DNA from: Hemiscyllium ocellatum
Lineage: Eukaryota
Direction of reading: 5' to 3'
Length of the DNA: 64,000 nucleotides
NCBI RefSeq assembly: GCF_020745735.1
Contig: NC_083425.1
Location: forward strand, 23,795,575-23,859,574
The notes beneath the pieces were generated by a model. That model saw only the letters and a list, made by a program, of their open reading frames with translations, had not been told where the DNA came from and searched no databases. Position numbers and translations under genes: made by a program. Below are positions 49,796 to 62,971 of this stretch, piece by piece; within the stretch, counting starts at the first letter, position 1, and each line of letters starts with the position of its first letter.

Positions 49796-50654
49796 CTTAA
49801 AAAATAATTTTATCAACTTGTTCCATACATTTTTTTCAAAAAAATAAAAGTAATGGAATTTCTTCTCTTCATGGTGTTAACTCCAGTTTGACCTTTAGGA
49901 ATCCAATTTACTTTTAAGTTATTTTAGGAGTGATTAGCTCATTTAATTTATTTTTTTTTTACATTCACATTTCACTTCCATTTTTACTAAAAAAAATAGA
50001 GAAGGGATACGGTTTCTAAATGATCTTTAGGGAGTGGACAGTTTGCTACCTTCTCACTTTAAATGAAATGAAATTAATATCATGAATGCCAATCAAAATG
50101 ACTGGTGTATTTTAAAATACCAACTGAATTATGTTATCAGTCCTATTCATGTGGTAATTGAAGTGAAACATTTCTGCCCATTCAGAATTAGAATGGAGGC
50201 TTCAAATTAAAATACTTCCAACCACTTTTTAAATGTGTCTGGTAAATATGTTGAAGTAACCTGGCAGGCTAGTGAACACTACTGACTCCACTCCTTTATT
50301 TGTGTTAAAAGCTTTGCACTCTGCAAATTTAAAAAATATTTATTCACAATATATATTTTGTTTTTCTGAAGTAAAGAATATCTAGACTTGTATTTAGCCA
50401 TCAGCATCAACATAATCAACCCCAGATGCTAAATCCTGTAAATAAATGATGAAACCATTAGATTCTAAGTTGAATTGGCTGTCCTTGAATTTTTAAGGTA
50501 TCTTAAATGTATGATTTTTCTTTTGTCAATAGACCACACTATAAACATTGCTAGTTATTAAACAAACATCATTTTTGTATCAGTAACTGCACACATTCAA
50601 CAACTAGTGCTTCAGTGAAGCCTATTCAAGAGAAAATACATTCTTGAAATGTAC

Positions 50655-50694
50655 CTTTAGGTCATTGTTCCAATCAGTAAATTCATTACCTGGA
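50655..50694 (-). CDS. CPSF4L: CPSF4L exon 6 (HPGNEFTDWNNDLK)
   Basis: gtttttcag| and aag|gtacat, 40 nt, phase 2-0. Completes the ZF5 His and gives HP as in CPSF4 HPRFE. Confidence 0.7.
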
Positions 50695-50809
50695 CTGAAA
50701 AACATGGGATAAGTAATTAGTTATTAACTATTTGAATCCAGAAAAACAAAGTTCTTCCTGCATTGATACAAGTCTTTTATTCCCCTTACTGCATATTTCC
50801 TTTTGATAG

Positions 50810-51670
50810 GGGGTAGGGAAGTGACTGCACTTGACATCAAGGCAACATTCAGAAGTGAGGTAACAAGGAACCCTAGCAAAACTGAAGTCAAATGGGAATC
50901 AAGTAGAAAACCATCTGCTGGTTGGTGTCATTCCTAGAATAAGGAAAATAGTTGTGGTTGCTGGAGGCCAATCATCTCCGCTCTAGGACATCATTGTAGG
51001 AGATCCTCAAGCTAGTATGCTGGGCCCAAGCATCTTTAGCTGTTTCATTAATGCCTTCCCCACCACCATTAGGTGAGAAATGGGGCTGTTTTGATAACTG
51101 CACACTATTCCGCAACATTCATAACTCTTTAGGTACTGAAGCATTTGGTGTCCAAATGCAACAAAACATGGGTCAAAATTGAGACTTGCGCTGATAACTC
51201 CCATCTCCAAGACAGCATCCTGTAATTACTTTTTAGCATTCAAAGGCATTTCAAGCATTGATTTCCCCAATCTCTTCTTGTGGAGTTACCATTGTGTAGA
51301 AACTGAACCAATCAAGCATCATGGCTACAAGAGCAGGTCAGAGGCTGAAATCCTGTCAAGTGACTCCTATCCACTATCTAAAAAAGGCATAAATTGAGAG
51401 TGTGATGGAATAGCCTCTACATATCTGGGTGAATGCAATTACAACATCACTCGGGAAGCTTGATAACATGCAGGTCCAGAATTACAGGGAATAGTTTTAG
51501 GGAAAGGGGGTAAAGATCTAAAAGGAACCTAAGGGGCAACTTTCTCATGTAGAGGGTGAAGAGTGTATGGAATAAGCTGCCAGAGAAAAAGTGATGGAGC
51601 ATACATAGTTGCAACATGAGTTGGACCAAAGGGTCTGTTTCTGTGCTGTACATCTATGACTATGACTGTA
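50810..51670 (+). mobile_element. Decayed CR1/L2-clade LINE followed by a HER1 3' end
   Basis: LDIKATF and PQxSxLGPxIF remnants. HER1 tail at 51498-51668. Confidence 0.65.
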
Positions 51671-52227
51671 TTCTATTGGTCTGATATAACCTGTAATTAT
51701 ATATCCCTTGGCATAATAGAGCACCTCAATTGTAGTTCACTCCTGGTTAACCATCTAGTGCCATGCAGTCAGCTTGCTGGGTTGCCAACACAGCTACCAA
51801 GTTGTACCCAGCAAGATATCACAAACCACAAAAGATAGAAGTGAGCAATTGATGTCAGTTGAAGGAGAGCTCCTCAGCCTTAAAGTGCCATGGAGTCTTG
51901 TACGCAAAACAAGATCTAGAGTTTGCCCGGTAAATGCCTCATGAATTAGAGCATATCTAATGATGCTTCATTCCCTCAGTAGCTCTGACTTTACATGGAC
52001 AAGTGCTGAAGGGAGGTTTGAACCCACAACTTCCTTAGTCAGATGCAAGTGCAGTACTGACTCAACTGATTAAAAGACTCAAATGTTTGACAAAAACAGT
52101 TGAGAATGTTATTTGATATTTCAACAGATTTAATTTTAATTTAACTAATTAAAAAGTTTTGTCCAGATATCAATTGTAACAACTAGCCAAGGACAGCACT
52201 ATCTAATATAATTTGGAGAAAACTTAC

Positions 52228-52321
52228 TGTGAAAGTTTACATGCTGTTCCTTCAGGGCAGTAACCAGCCAGATAATTCTCACAGATTATCTTCCTGGTGT
52301 GTTTGTTTTTGCACAGTGGGC
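52228..52321 (-). CDS. CPSF4L: CPSF4L exon 5 (GPLCKNKHTRKIICENYLAGYCPEGTACKLS-H)
   Basis: ggcag| and ca|gtaagt, 94 nt. ZF4 and ZF5 motifs. Confidence 0.94.
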
Positions 52322-52737
52322 CTGCCACAGAAATAGATCAGTGGAGTGAATTTTGTAAACTATATTGTCAATTCACACTACTTTTGCAAAATTAAAATTT
52401 ATGCATGCACATCTTTTAAAAAATGTCAATGCATTGTCATTAGTTCCCAGTTGTTATTTTTGCAAAAAAAAAGAGTATAGAAGGTCCATCCCTACATTCA
52501 GGCTGTTCAATAATCTGATGTACTAAAGCCAAGCAATTTACAAAAGTCACACAAGGTCAGTCTAGATGCCATGACTATTGTGAGTTTAGCCCTCTGCTTA
52601 CAATTGACACAGCTCTTAGTTCCCAATATACAATTTACCAGTAATAAACATAGCAAAAGAACTATTCATTCAGCAAGTGAAACTTAATTTTGGTTTGAAG
52701 GGAAAATAAAATTACTTCAAAATGCAAAGCTGATAAT

Positions 52738-52768
<31 letters not shown>

Positions 52769-53679
52769 TCAACATTCTCAATGGATTGTAAACTGGAAAG
52801 ACTACCTGTAATAATTGAGATCAAATAAGATACCTCAAACTCTGGAAGTTTACATCTGTGTCAAAAAACATTAGTTTGCTCTTTCTATTGAACCCTTTCT
52901 GGAGGATCTGAAGTATCAACTTACATTATTGCTCTTGAAATGATGGACCTGCTGCAGAAGTAATTTCTATTTTTATATTTGAAAATGTATGAAGACAGAT
53001 TCAAGATGGGTTTGAGAAACATATGGAAACTTACTATAATAATCATAATACAAATAGAGACGACAACAAAATCAAAAATATACTAAAAAAAAAGGATAAA
53101 AGGGTTGAATACACAATTTATTAAAGATAGAGATGTGTTCTAAACTACTCTATCTTCACCTTAAGCTTCAATCAAATTGGATCAAACAGTTTAATGAAAA
53201 CTGAAAACAGTTTCTTTAGATTGTGTCTCAAGGTTTCCAATTCTCCCAATTTCATCATTAATCAGATCAGAACTATTTTCTCTTTGATGTTACTTGTTAA
53301 TGCAAGAGTTTTCAGCATTCATCAGAAATGTTGTCCACTCTACTTTGTGTTATGTACATGCTGTTTCCGATTGAGAAAACGTGGTAACCAAGCTAGCAAG
53401 ACATTTTATGCTTGTTTACAAACTATGAAATTTCCAATGATTCAGTCTGTAGAAATTGAAGCTATTTATTCCTTTGGAGGAAAGTTCATGAACTACAGGA
53501 TACTGACTTGATCTGATTGGGGTGAACAACAAAAAGGAGAACAAACCATTTTAATGCAGTGAGTGATTATAGTTTGGAAATGAGAGAGCATGGAAGAGAC
53601 AGATTCAATGGATCTTTCAAAAGAAAAAAAAATCAGAATTAACTGAAAAAGAATGAAAATTACAGGGCACCTCAGCTAT

Positions 53680-55197
53680 AGATCATCTCTGCAGGGTAGT
53701 GCCCAAGGCCCAACCATCTTCAGTTGCTCCAATGACCTTCCCTCCACCATAAGGTTAGGTCAGATGTGGGGATGTTCAACAATGATTGCACAATTTTCAG
53801 CACCATTCGCAACTTCAGATACTGAAGCAGTCCATGTTCAATATATTAGGATCTGGACAATGTCCAGGCTTGGGCTGACAAGTGGCAAGTAATACTCCCA
53901 CCACAAAAGTGCCAGGCAATGACCATCTCCCATAAGAGACAATTGAATCACTGCCCCCTGACATTCAATGGTATTACTATCACTGAACCCTCCATTATCA
54001 GCATCCTTGGGGTTATCACTGACCAGAAACTCACCACATGACAATGGCTGCAAAAGCAGGTCAGAGGAATAGGAATACGATGGTGAGTAATAGGAAAGAT
54101 ACAGAGGCTTTGGAGAGGGCGCAAAGAAGATTTACCGGGATGCTGCCTGGACTGGAGGGCTTGCTGTAAGAAAGTTTGAATAAGCTCAGACTTGTCTCTC
54201 TGGAGAGAAGAAGGAGGAAGAGAGGAAACCTGATTGAGATGTACAAAATAATGAGGAATAGATTGAGTCAATAGCCAGAGACTTTTCCCCACGGCAGGAG
54301 TGACTGGTACGAGAAGTCATAGTTTGAAGATATTAGGAAGAAGGTATAAAAGGAGTCAGAGGTAGGTTCTTTACACAGTTGTGAATGCATTGCCAGTTGA
54401 GGTGGTGGAAGTGAAGTCTTTGGGGACATATAAGCGACTGCTGGACATGCACATGGATAGCAGAGAGTTGAGGGGTGCGTAGGTTAAGTTACTATATTTT
54501 ACATTCGGATTAAGTCTCAGCACAACATAGTGGGCCAAAGGGCCTGTTCTGTGCTGTACTTTTCTATGTTCTACGTAACTCTAAATCCTGTCTACCTTCT
54601 ATAAGGCACAAATCAGGAATGTGATGGAAACCGCTCACCTGCCTGGATCAGTGTAGCTCCAACAACATTCAAAAAGCTTTAAAACAAGTATTTTCATAGA
54701 CACCACATACACAAGCATCCACTCCCTCCACTACCAATGCTCAGTAGCAGCAGTGTGTAGTATCTACAAGATGCACTGCAAAAATTCTTCAACCTCCAGA
54801 CCACAGACCACTTCCATCTAGTAGGAAGAGGGCAGCTGATACATGGGAACACCACCATCCCACATTGAATGTCAAGGGGCAGTGGTTCAATTGTCTCTTA
54901 TTGGAGATGGTCATTGCCTGGCACTTTTGTGGTGTGAATATCACTTGCCACTTGTCAACCCAAGCCTGGATATTGTCCAGATCCTAATATATTGAGGCAC
55001 TCACCATCTGGACTTGGAAATAGATAGTTCTTAATTCACTGCTGTTGGATCAAAATCCCAGAATCCCCTCCCCAAGGAGTAATGAGAGTCAACCTACAGC
55101 ACATGGACTGTAGCAGTTCATCTTCTGAAGGGCAGCTGGGGACAGGCAATAAGTGCTGGCCAGCCAGTAATGTACACAGTCCATCAGTGAATAAAAA
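53680..55197 (+). mobile_element. Decayed CR1/L2-clade LINE 3' part with a nested CR1 (about 54085-54575) and an internal inverted duplication
   Basis: QGS..GPTIFSC remnant and a gaataaaaaaaa tail. The nested copy ends in ttctatgttcta. Confidence 0.7.
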
Positions 55198-55742
55198 AAA
55201 CACTGCAGGTGAGTAGCAAACTATTTCTGTTGATAAACAGCAGGAGGATTGAACACAATAATATAGTGCTAATTGCTCTGCAGATGACCAGCATGAGTTA
55301 AAACAGTTTATTTTTAGATACTTCTATAGAAGTAAACAGCGGCAGTTAAACTCATTAATATAATATGGAATAATCCTGCAGGAGTGTAAAAATGTTTTCT
55401 AGAGAATTAAGAGGGTGCTGGTCAGAATTTGGACTGTGAAGGACATTTAAAAAGTGGTCATGAGTCGTGGACATTGCTGACATTTATTGTCCACCTCGAA
55501 TTGTCCTCAAGGGGGTAGTAGTGAGCTGACTTCTTGAATCACTGCAGTCCTTATGAAGTACCTCCCCAGTGCTGTTTGGAGAAAATTCTAGGATTTCAAC
55601 AGCAGCAGAGAGAGAACAGCAATATAGTTTGTTATAGTCAGAATGTTTGTGCTCAAAGATGAATTCACATTTGTAGCAGTAGAGAATTAGTAACAAGGCC
55701 AGTATTGAGCAAAATGAAAAATTAAAGTCTGCAGTTACTTAC

Positions 55743-55838
55743 CATATTTACAGAACCCTCGGTCATACCAGGGGCAGTCTGGAATTTGTATCCGCGAATT
55801 GATGTGTAGGAAAGGACACTCTTGCTTATTGCATTCAC
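55743..55838 (-). CDS. CPSF4L: CPSF4L exon 4 (GECNKQECPFLHINSRIQIPDCPWYDRGFCKY)
   Basis: cacag| and atg|gtaagt, 96 nt. ZF3 and ZF4 motifs. Confidence 0.95.
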
Positions 55839-56380
55839 CTGTGTCCAAAATAGGCAAGTCATGTGACTCAGTATGGCCTGTGCCCCAATATTATTATTTG
55901 TATTTAAAAGGATGGAGAAGATTTTGACTGAAATGCACCATATTGAAGATTTAAATCTTAGTAGGACTCTGGGAAGGTGTCAAGAAAAAGAAGATGCATG
56001 GATTCCCAGATATGGACAGATTGAACAAGCCCTGCTGCTTTGAAAATGGAAGAGGTTGTAACAAAATTTATTTAAATCTCCTCCCCCAATGATTCTTTTG
56101 GCCTATTCAGAATTGCTATGGATTCCTCATTCTCAATCCCTTATCATTTTAAGGGAGCAACAGTACAAGTATTGTAAGACAGGTTTATAAATGCAATTTC
56201 TTCCATATTTATTTCCTTGCCCTATGCCTGAAGGCAGCATCTCATGCTGGGGAAAAGAGCCACAAGTTACAACATTTTTTCCAGCACCTTGGTCAAGATC
56301 CTTTCAGTGTGTGTGAAATTTAAAAGCACGGCCTAGATTTTCACTATCATCCTAAGTCAAATGTTTTTCCCCTACAAGTG

Positions 56381-56510
56381 GGTAAAAACAATGACTACAG
56401 ATGCTGGAAACCAGATTCTGGATTAGTGGTGCTGGAAAAGCACAGCAGTTCAGCCAGCACCCAAGGAACAGGAAAAATTGACATTTTGGGCAAAAGCCCT
56501 TCATCATGGA
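56381..56510 (-). mobile_element. Penelope-type terminal repeat with a decayed hammerhead motif
   Basis: Minus strand ATGATGA-A-GGGC-TTTT-GCCC-AAAAT-GTC. Same family as 62972-63113. Confidence 0.75.
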
Positions 56511-57670
56511 TTCCAGGATAAGCACCAATCAAAACATCTACCAACATCTGCCCATAATTTCTGACCATTTATTTATTTGAAAAGTAAGAGAGCAAAAAAG
56601 GTCATTTTCCAATAGGTGCTCCAAGCAACAGAAACAAAATGCTGGGCAAAAAAAAAAAATCAGCAAGTCTGGAGGCATGTGGTGAGAGAAACAGAGTTAG
56701 TGCTTAGAGTCCAGCATGCCTCTTCAGAACTCCCTGCAGTTGAATCTGTGCAGCCATCCCCAATCCTAGTTTCGCTCAATCTTCATGATTATGGATAAAA
56801 CCTTAACTGATGCCTCCCATCCTCCATTGTGCCACCTTAGAGGGGCAGACCATGATGGAACTTTAAATGTTTGCAGTCTTTGCAATTTAATTCCACACCA
56901 AATGGCATTTGCCCACTAAAGTATTTGAAAACCCAAACAGTATTATCCAAGCCCTCAAAAGATGTGAACAATGGTGAATTATTTGGTAAAACATGACAGA
57001 TTGGAAATATTTGCTTATCCATTTCGATACAAAAAGTCTGACTTTGCACTAAGGGTTTGAATGGAGACATGAGAATCTTGCAAGTGAATGCAAAGGCAGA
57101 CTTGCATGTATTAACATCCTTTGTTAAAATTCAGGTCAATTATTCAAAAATGTACTTTTATGTAAAACATCAGACCAGTGATTTGCTCTTGCAATGTTGT
57201 CAGTTAGAAATTGTACCAAAAATGTAAACCAGGATTTTCCAGAAACACTAACCAACTAACTTTTCCATTTTATGTATTTCCCAGTCAGTATAAGAATCAA
57301 TGATGTACATTCAGACTTATTTTGTCAATGACCGTTTTCCAGTGTACCGATTTTAAAGTGATCTAGTTAACGGGCAGAAACTCTAGCTAAAACAGGAAAT
57401 ATTCTGATCTTCATTTGTCGGGCTCAACATTAATTGCAATTATTTCTGTAAGCTTCTATGCTTTCTACAGACCACCTCAATTCTGGAGTTCTTTCAGATC
57501 TTTCCATATTTGATGAATGACTACTTGAGACTTCAGCCCTTGGCATCACATGTCAGGCATCATTTTTTTCATGTCAAAGTTATGTATAGAAATAAATATA
57601 CTGTGATCTCATTGAGTGGCAGAGTTGAAGGGCTGAATGGTCTACATCTGCTCTTGTTTTATTGGCTTAC

Positions 57671-57823
57671 CATATTTTGAATAGAAGTAGCATCGTGGCA
57701 TCTTGGTCTCATCATACTCATGCAAAAACTCACACTGGTCTCCTTTTTTACACAGGCTTCGGAGCCAGTGTTTGCATACAACATTCTTGTCACCACACGT
57801 GTGTCGAAATGGGCACATTTGTT
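57671..57823 (-). CDS. CPSF4L: CPSF4L exon 3 (EQMCPFRH...VCKHWLRSLCKKGDQCEFLHEYDETKMPRCYFYSKY)
   Basis: ttgtag| and atg|gtaagc, 153 nt. CCCH ZF2 nearly identical to CPSF30. Confidence 0.96.
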
Positions 57824-59194
57824 CTACAATTAACAAAGACTGTTATAGTTACAAGTGGAGATTCACTGGAACAAAAGTAGTGTTATAAAGAAAGGAGAGA
57901 GATTCAGTTTGGTGATGCCTATTATGAGATGATGATATGGAAAGCTTCTCTAATGATCCTGCAATACTAGTAAGAAAACCAAGTTAACATTTACCATTAC
58001 AGCAACACAGCAAGTTTGAACATAGATATTGTAATGTGAAAACTAGTTAGCAATTATCGGTTTAGTAAATAATATCAAATATTGCCTGAATATTTGATAT
58101 AGTAATGAATTGTCAATTTACACGATAAAAAATCATTTTCGAGGTTTGTTTTAAATATTTCCATAATTTTCTAAAATTCAATTTTTGTTTTAAATCACAG
58201 GACACCATCCCAGTTACTGAAGAAATGAAGGCAACCTTATTTTGTGATCACTGCCAGGGTTTAATTGCATATGGAGATTCACTTCTATAGTAACTGGCCT
58301 CAGTTTTAGAGTTCAACTGGACATTGAATAAAAATTGTTTATTCAATGACGAAAGGTGGGCACGGGGAGACTGATTTGAAACAAACAAAGTCTCTTTGCC
58401 ACGATATCAGATTATACATAGTCAAGTATTTCCATCCAGCTCAGTTGGGGAAGTGGGAAAGTTTTACAGGCCAAGTTTTTAAAGAAGTAAATGGGGTAAA
58501 GCTGGTTAAACCCTTGAATATACTTGATTAACTATCCCCCAAGGGTTGTAACTGGGGATAAAAGTAAAAGTCTACAATTTATTTTCAATAATATATTTCT
58601 GAAAAAAAGGCTAAGCTGTAATAATTTTATTAAAATAGATACTTAATTATTGTGGACAAAACCTTAACTAAAATGTTCTTTTTCCTCCAGTGTGCCACCT
58701 TAGAGGGGCAGATTGTCATTTCATTATGGTCAAATTATTATCTCACTACTCCCTACATTGATGCTTTCACAATACTACACACCAACAATTCTATATTATA
58801 ATTATTTTGACAATACCATAGCTTTAAGAAGTGCATTTTGTCCTCCCCCTCCCAATCTATTTGACTGAATTTGCCTTTGTTAAGGGTGTGGTTATGGGAT
58901 GTTACTATATTAGAAGTGTTAATTAGTAGTACTGAATACATATTCTTTTGATAAACATTTCAGTTACAGTTAAACCATTTTTTTTATTCTTAAACCACAC
59001 AGTTAAAACACTGACAAAATAAAAATGAAGTATGTTTTTCTTAATTTGCATCTGGAATGCATTTTACCTTTAAGAGAAAAAAGGTTAGGGTTTAGGCTAT
59101 CCTAACATACTTTGAAGGGGTTTGGCCTAGTCGAATACATTTTTTTTTCCTGGAAATTCGTGAAGGAGAGAGTTATGTATTTTGTTTTACTAAA

Positions 59195-59510
59195 TCAGAA
59201 CACCTACAGTATGGAAGCAGTCCATTGGGCCCACACTAACCTTCCAAAGAGCATCTGACCCATGCTCCTACCCTATCCTTATAATCCCACATTTTCACTG
59301 GCTAATCCACCTAGCCTGCACGTCCCAGACACTTGGCAATTTAACATGGCCAATCCACTTGCACATTTTGGGCTATGGGAGGAAACTGGAGAGGAAACTC
59401 AGGCAAACATAAACAGAATGTGTAAATTCCACACAGACAGTTGCCATAGGATGCAATCAAATTCAGTCCCTGTTACTGTGAAGCAGTAATGCTAACTACT
59501 GAGCCACTGT
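59195..59510 (-). mobile_element. HE1-like SINE, decayed
   Basis: Family similarity to the other copies. Confidence 0.8.
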
Positions 59511-59828
59511 GGTGATCACCAATGAAAAGAGCAATTCTGAAAATGCAGTGGTCAAAGTGGCTGGTGATAAATGGAACTGCTTTAAAATAAATAACAATTC
59601 CACTTTGCATCAGTCACATTATAAAACAGACTTAGTGTGCAGATCAACATTTCCCTTGCCACATATTAATGACATGGTCACAGATCATTCCAAACTACAC
59701 TTGCTTAAGTTTTCATTCAAGATTCAAAATTGATTCAGCCCAATTCTATAACTGATGGCAGTTCTATTTATCAACAAGGGATTGCATCTCAATACTTGAA
59801 TGATGTTTTTGTTTCATTAGTATCTTAC

Positions 59829-59879
59829 CTTTTAAGCATTTACCTTTAATGAAAAGCTCACAAACAGCTGAACTAGATC
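59829..59879 (-). CDS. CPSF4L: CPSF4L exon 2 (RSSSAVCELFIKGKCLK, start of ZF1)
   Basis: tttctttgcag| and aag|gtaaga, 51 nt, phase 1-1. Confidence 0.93.
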
Positions 59880-60884
59880 CTGCAAAGAAAGATCACAATA
59901 TTTATAGGGAACTCAAGACTACTATTACTGGCATATATTTCACTATCCATGAGCTTTTTTATACAGCACTTTGCTTAAATGGATTTCTCACATCTTTGTT
60001 AATACACAATACTAACTTTTTTTCCCCCGCTCACACCTATTAAGAGCTAACATTTTATACCATTCGTCTAGCTGTTCCAGTTTTGTATTACAGGGACACC
60101 AACTACCTTACAAACTTAGAACAATGTCCTAGTGTACACTGAAGATGTTGAGCTTTTATTGTGCTGATACAAACCTAAGCATCTAGTATTTTAGCCATAC
60201 CTTCATCAAGATGCACTTCATAAGCAAGTGCTTAAATAATTTGCCAAAATTCATACTAGTAACAATTGCATTCACATAACTTAAATTTTCATTTTTTTAA
60301 TCTGGAGTGCACCATTTACCTTTTTATTATTAAATGCACATCTATAATCAAAGATCCAAGAGTAAAACGATAAAGTAATATCTTAAATACAAGTTGGAAT
60401 GTTTCTGGTGTCAAAGGGAGGAGAACTATCCAGTTTATTTTTAATATTTCTTGCTGCCCAACCTGCAAGGTTTGGTCATTTTCTCTTAGGGAATTAGCTA
60501 GCAGGAGTCAGTTGAAAAAAAGAAAAATCGCTCCCCATCAAGAAACCAAACTGGCTGGTGAATCATCCGGAGTGCCACAGTGTACTCTAGATTTGAGATA
60601 ATGTAAAGTTTTAGGTTGTTTACAGTCAGCCAACTCTAGGCCAATCATCCTGGAGCCTACCCAGTCCCTACTAAGAGCCTAAAGCCCAATCTCCATTTCC
60701 AACAAAGGCATTAGAATTCTCTAATTGAGATAAATACTTAAATTGCTGAATAGTTTGGAACCAAAATCATGAACTGCCATTTTGTTGTATGATGCAGTCA
60801 TTAAGTAGCATCAGGTTCTATTTATTTATTAATTAGAACTCAAGTCCTAATTAATTTAAAAACTCAAGTCACATCTGCTGAAAT

Positions 60885-61157
60885 TGATTAGTTTAGTTAC
60901 ACTGTAGAAACAGGCCCTTTGGCCCAACAAGTCCACACTGACCCACCAAAGCGCAACCCACTCACCTAACATTACAGGCAATTTAGCTTGGCCAATTCAC
61001 CTAACCTGCACATTTTTGGACTGTGGGAGGAAACCAGAGCAAACCCATGCAGACACAGGGAGAATGTGCAAACTTCACACAGTCAGTCACCCGAGGTGGG
61101 AACTGAACCAAGGTCTCTGGCACAGTGAGGCAGCAGTGCTAACGACTGTGCTGCCCA
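60885..61157 (-). mobile_element. HE1-like SINE
   Basis: Family similarity to the other copies. Confidence 0.88.
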
Positions 61158-62110
61158 TCTTTCAATCTAGTCCTCTTTCTAGAAAAAAATTCAAAACCCT
61201 CACTTTAAAAAAAAATCATGAACACTTACAAGGGCAAAATAAACATTGATACAGGGATTCAGACTTACAGGAGTTTGGCCAAGGGGAAATATCTTGTTAT
61301 TAACTTTCATGGCATCATTGAGATTGTCATCAACTTTAAGTGTTTGAAACTCCATTTCAAAGTATTGGGTGAAATTTGAACAAGTGAACAACAGGATAAT
61401 TTATTATAGGTCAAGGCATAATCTTCCTTCAACAATTTCAGATATCAGAAAATATTACCTTTAAACCTTTCCTAAAGACTGATCTCTTTCAGGCACAAAG
61501 CAGCCTGTAAAGAAAAACACACAGTCTCTCACTTGCCCAGAGAGTTCAGCTCCAACAACATTCAAGAAGATCAATATCATCCAATACAAAGAAACCCACA
61601 AATCCACTGCACATATCCATTGCAGTGCACTGATCTAGTGTACACCACCCACATGCACCATCTTACCATGACTCCTTTCACAGCACCAACTACTGCTAAA
61701 AGGACAAAGGCAGTAGGTGACTTGGGAGCACCACCACCTGCAAGTTTCCATTAGCATCTGACCCAATTCAATTTCCAAAATAGCTTTTCATTGTCCTGCA
61801 TCAACAGCCCAGAACTCCCTAATAGTGCTACAGGTTTGGCTACACCACATAGACTGCAGTAGTTCAAGAAGGCAACTCACCATTACCTTCACAGACAATT
61901 AATGCTGGCCTTACCTTGAAGGGATTAAAAGAAAAGCAAACAAGAAAAAACAAGAATATAAGAGTTGAACAGTGAAATTTGTGTCAAATACAATTACATT
62001 TTTATGACCGTGAAAACAATGGAATGCTTTCTAAATAATTAAGGCAATTATGCACAAGAATGAGTTTCTCCCCCCCAAGTTTTATTTTCAGATGACAAGG
62101 AACTCCTTAC

Positions 62111-62213
62111 TATCCATGCCAGAAAATGGCAAATCCATAATTCCTCTCTGTTGCTCCAGAACAACTTCAAAATCAAATCTCATCATCTGTAAACCAGCTA
62201 CCAACTCTTGCAT
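62111..62213 (-). CDS. CPSF4L: CPSF4L coding exon 1 (MQELVAGLQMMRFDFEVVLEQQRGIMDLPFSGMD)
   Basis: aagATG start, 103 nt, a|gtaagg donor. Resembles the CPSF4 N-terminus MQEIIASVDHIKFDLEIAVEQQLGAQPLPFPGMD. Confidence 0.92.
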
Positions 62214-62796
62214 CTTTCACTGTTACAATTTAACTTTTTTTTCTCTCTCTCTATCACTACTATCCACATTAGGGAACAAACATAGGCCTTAGCAAACTTA
62301 ATTTATAAACATATCTGTGCCCAGGGCCTCCTGGGACTTTATAAAATATTAATTCTGTTTTAAATTACTTTTTGTAATAAACTGCAGATTATAGTGTAAA
62401 TAGAGATTTGTCAATTAAAGAATTTAATTTAATGATTTTCAAGTTTAGGGTTACAATGGTCACATGACAATTCAGTACTGGGATTAGTGACTTAATTAGC
62501 TGTTCACTGAAAGCTAAGGTAAATTTTATGTGCTGAAATTTGTTGCTTCAGTGAATTGTCTGTAAATATTTGCAGAAATAATGGATTGGAAAGTAATTTT
62601 GAGTTTTGCAATTACATTGTAAGGGAAAGGCAAAAATGATTAATTTATAAGTTGAAGTGTAGTTAGAATTTGATCACAGTTACATTAGCTTCTGGCCATT
62701 CATAGCTGGGTGATCCGTTTTCTGCTGGGAAAGTGAAGAGGGAAAATCTTTCAACACTATCAACTACAAGGTAAGGGGGTCCTAGGTCCTACTAAG

Positions 62797-62965
62797 AGGA
62801 AGTGGTAGATGCAATATTTAAAAGACAATTGGACAGGAATGTGAATAGGAAAGGTTTCAAGGGATGTGGGCCAAACACAGGCAAAAGTAGTTGTTTACTT
62901 TGGGAAGTTCGGTCAGCATGGATGAGTTGGACTGAAGGGTTGGCTTCTGTGCTGTATAACTGTAC
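62797..62965 (+). mobile_element. HER1/CR1 3' end
   Basis: gaggaagtggtag...ggtcagcatggatgagttggactgaagggt. Confidence 0.8.
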
Positions 62966-62971
62966 AATCTT

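Noticed and set aside
52740-52768. T10-G19 homopolymer run
   Set aside because: Simple slippage tract with unreliable length and no evidence of function.
60201-60230. Possible 30-nt in-frame micro-exon in CPSF4L intron 1
   Set aside because: Weak acceptor, and exons 1 and 2 already join colinearly with CPSF4.
61200-61391. ORF ending at a gtaagt donor, considered as CPSF4L exon 1
   Set aside because: Wrong phase, no CPSF4 similarity and no acceptor. The true exon 1 is at 62111-62213.
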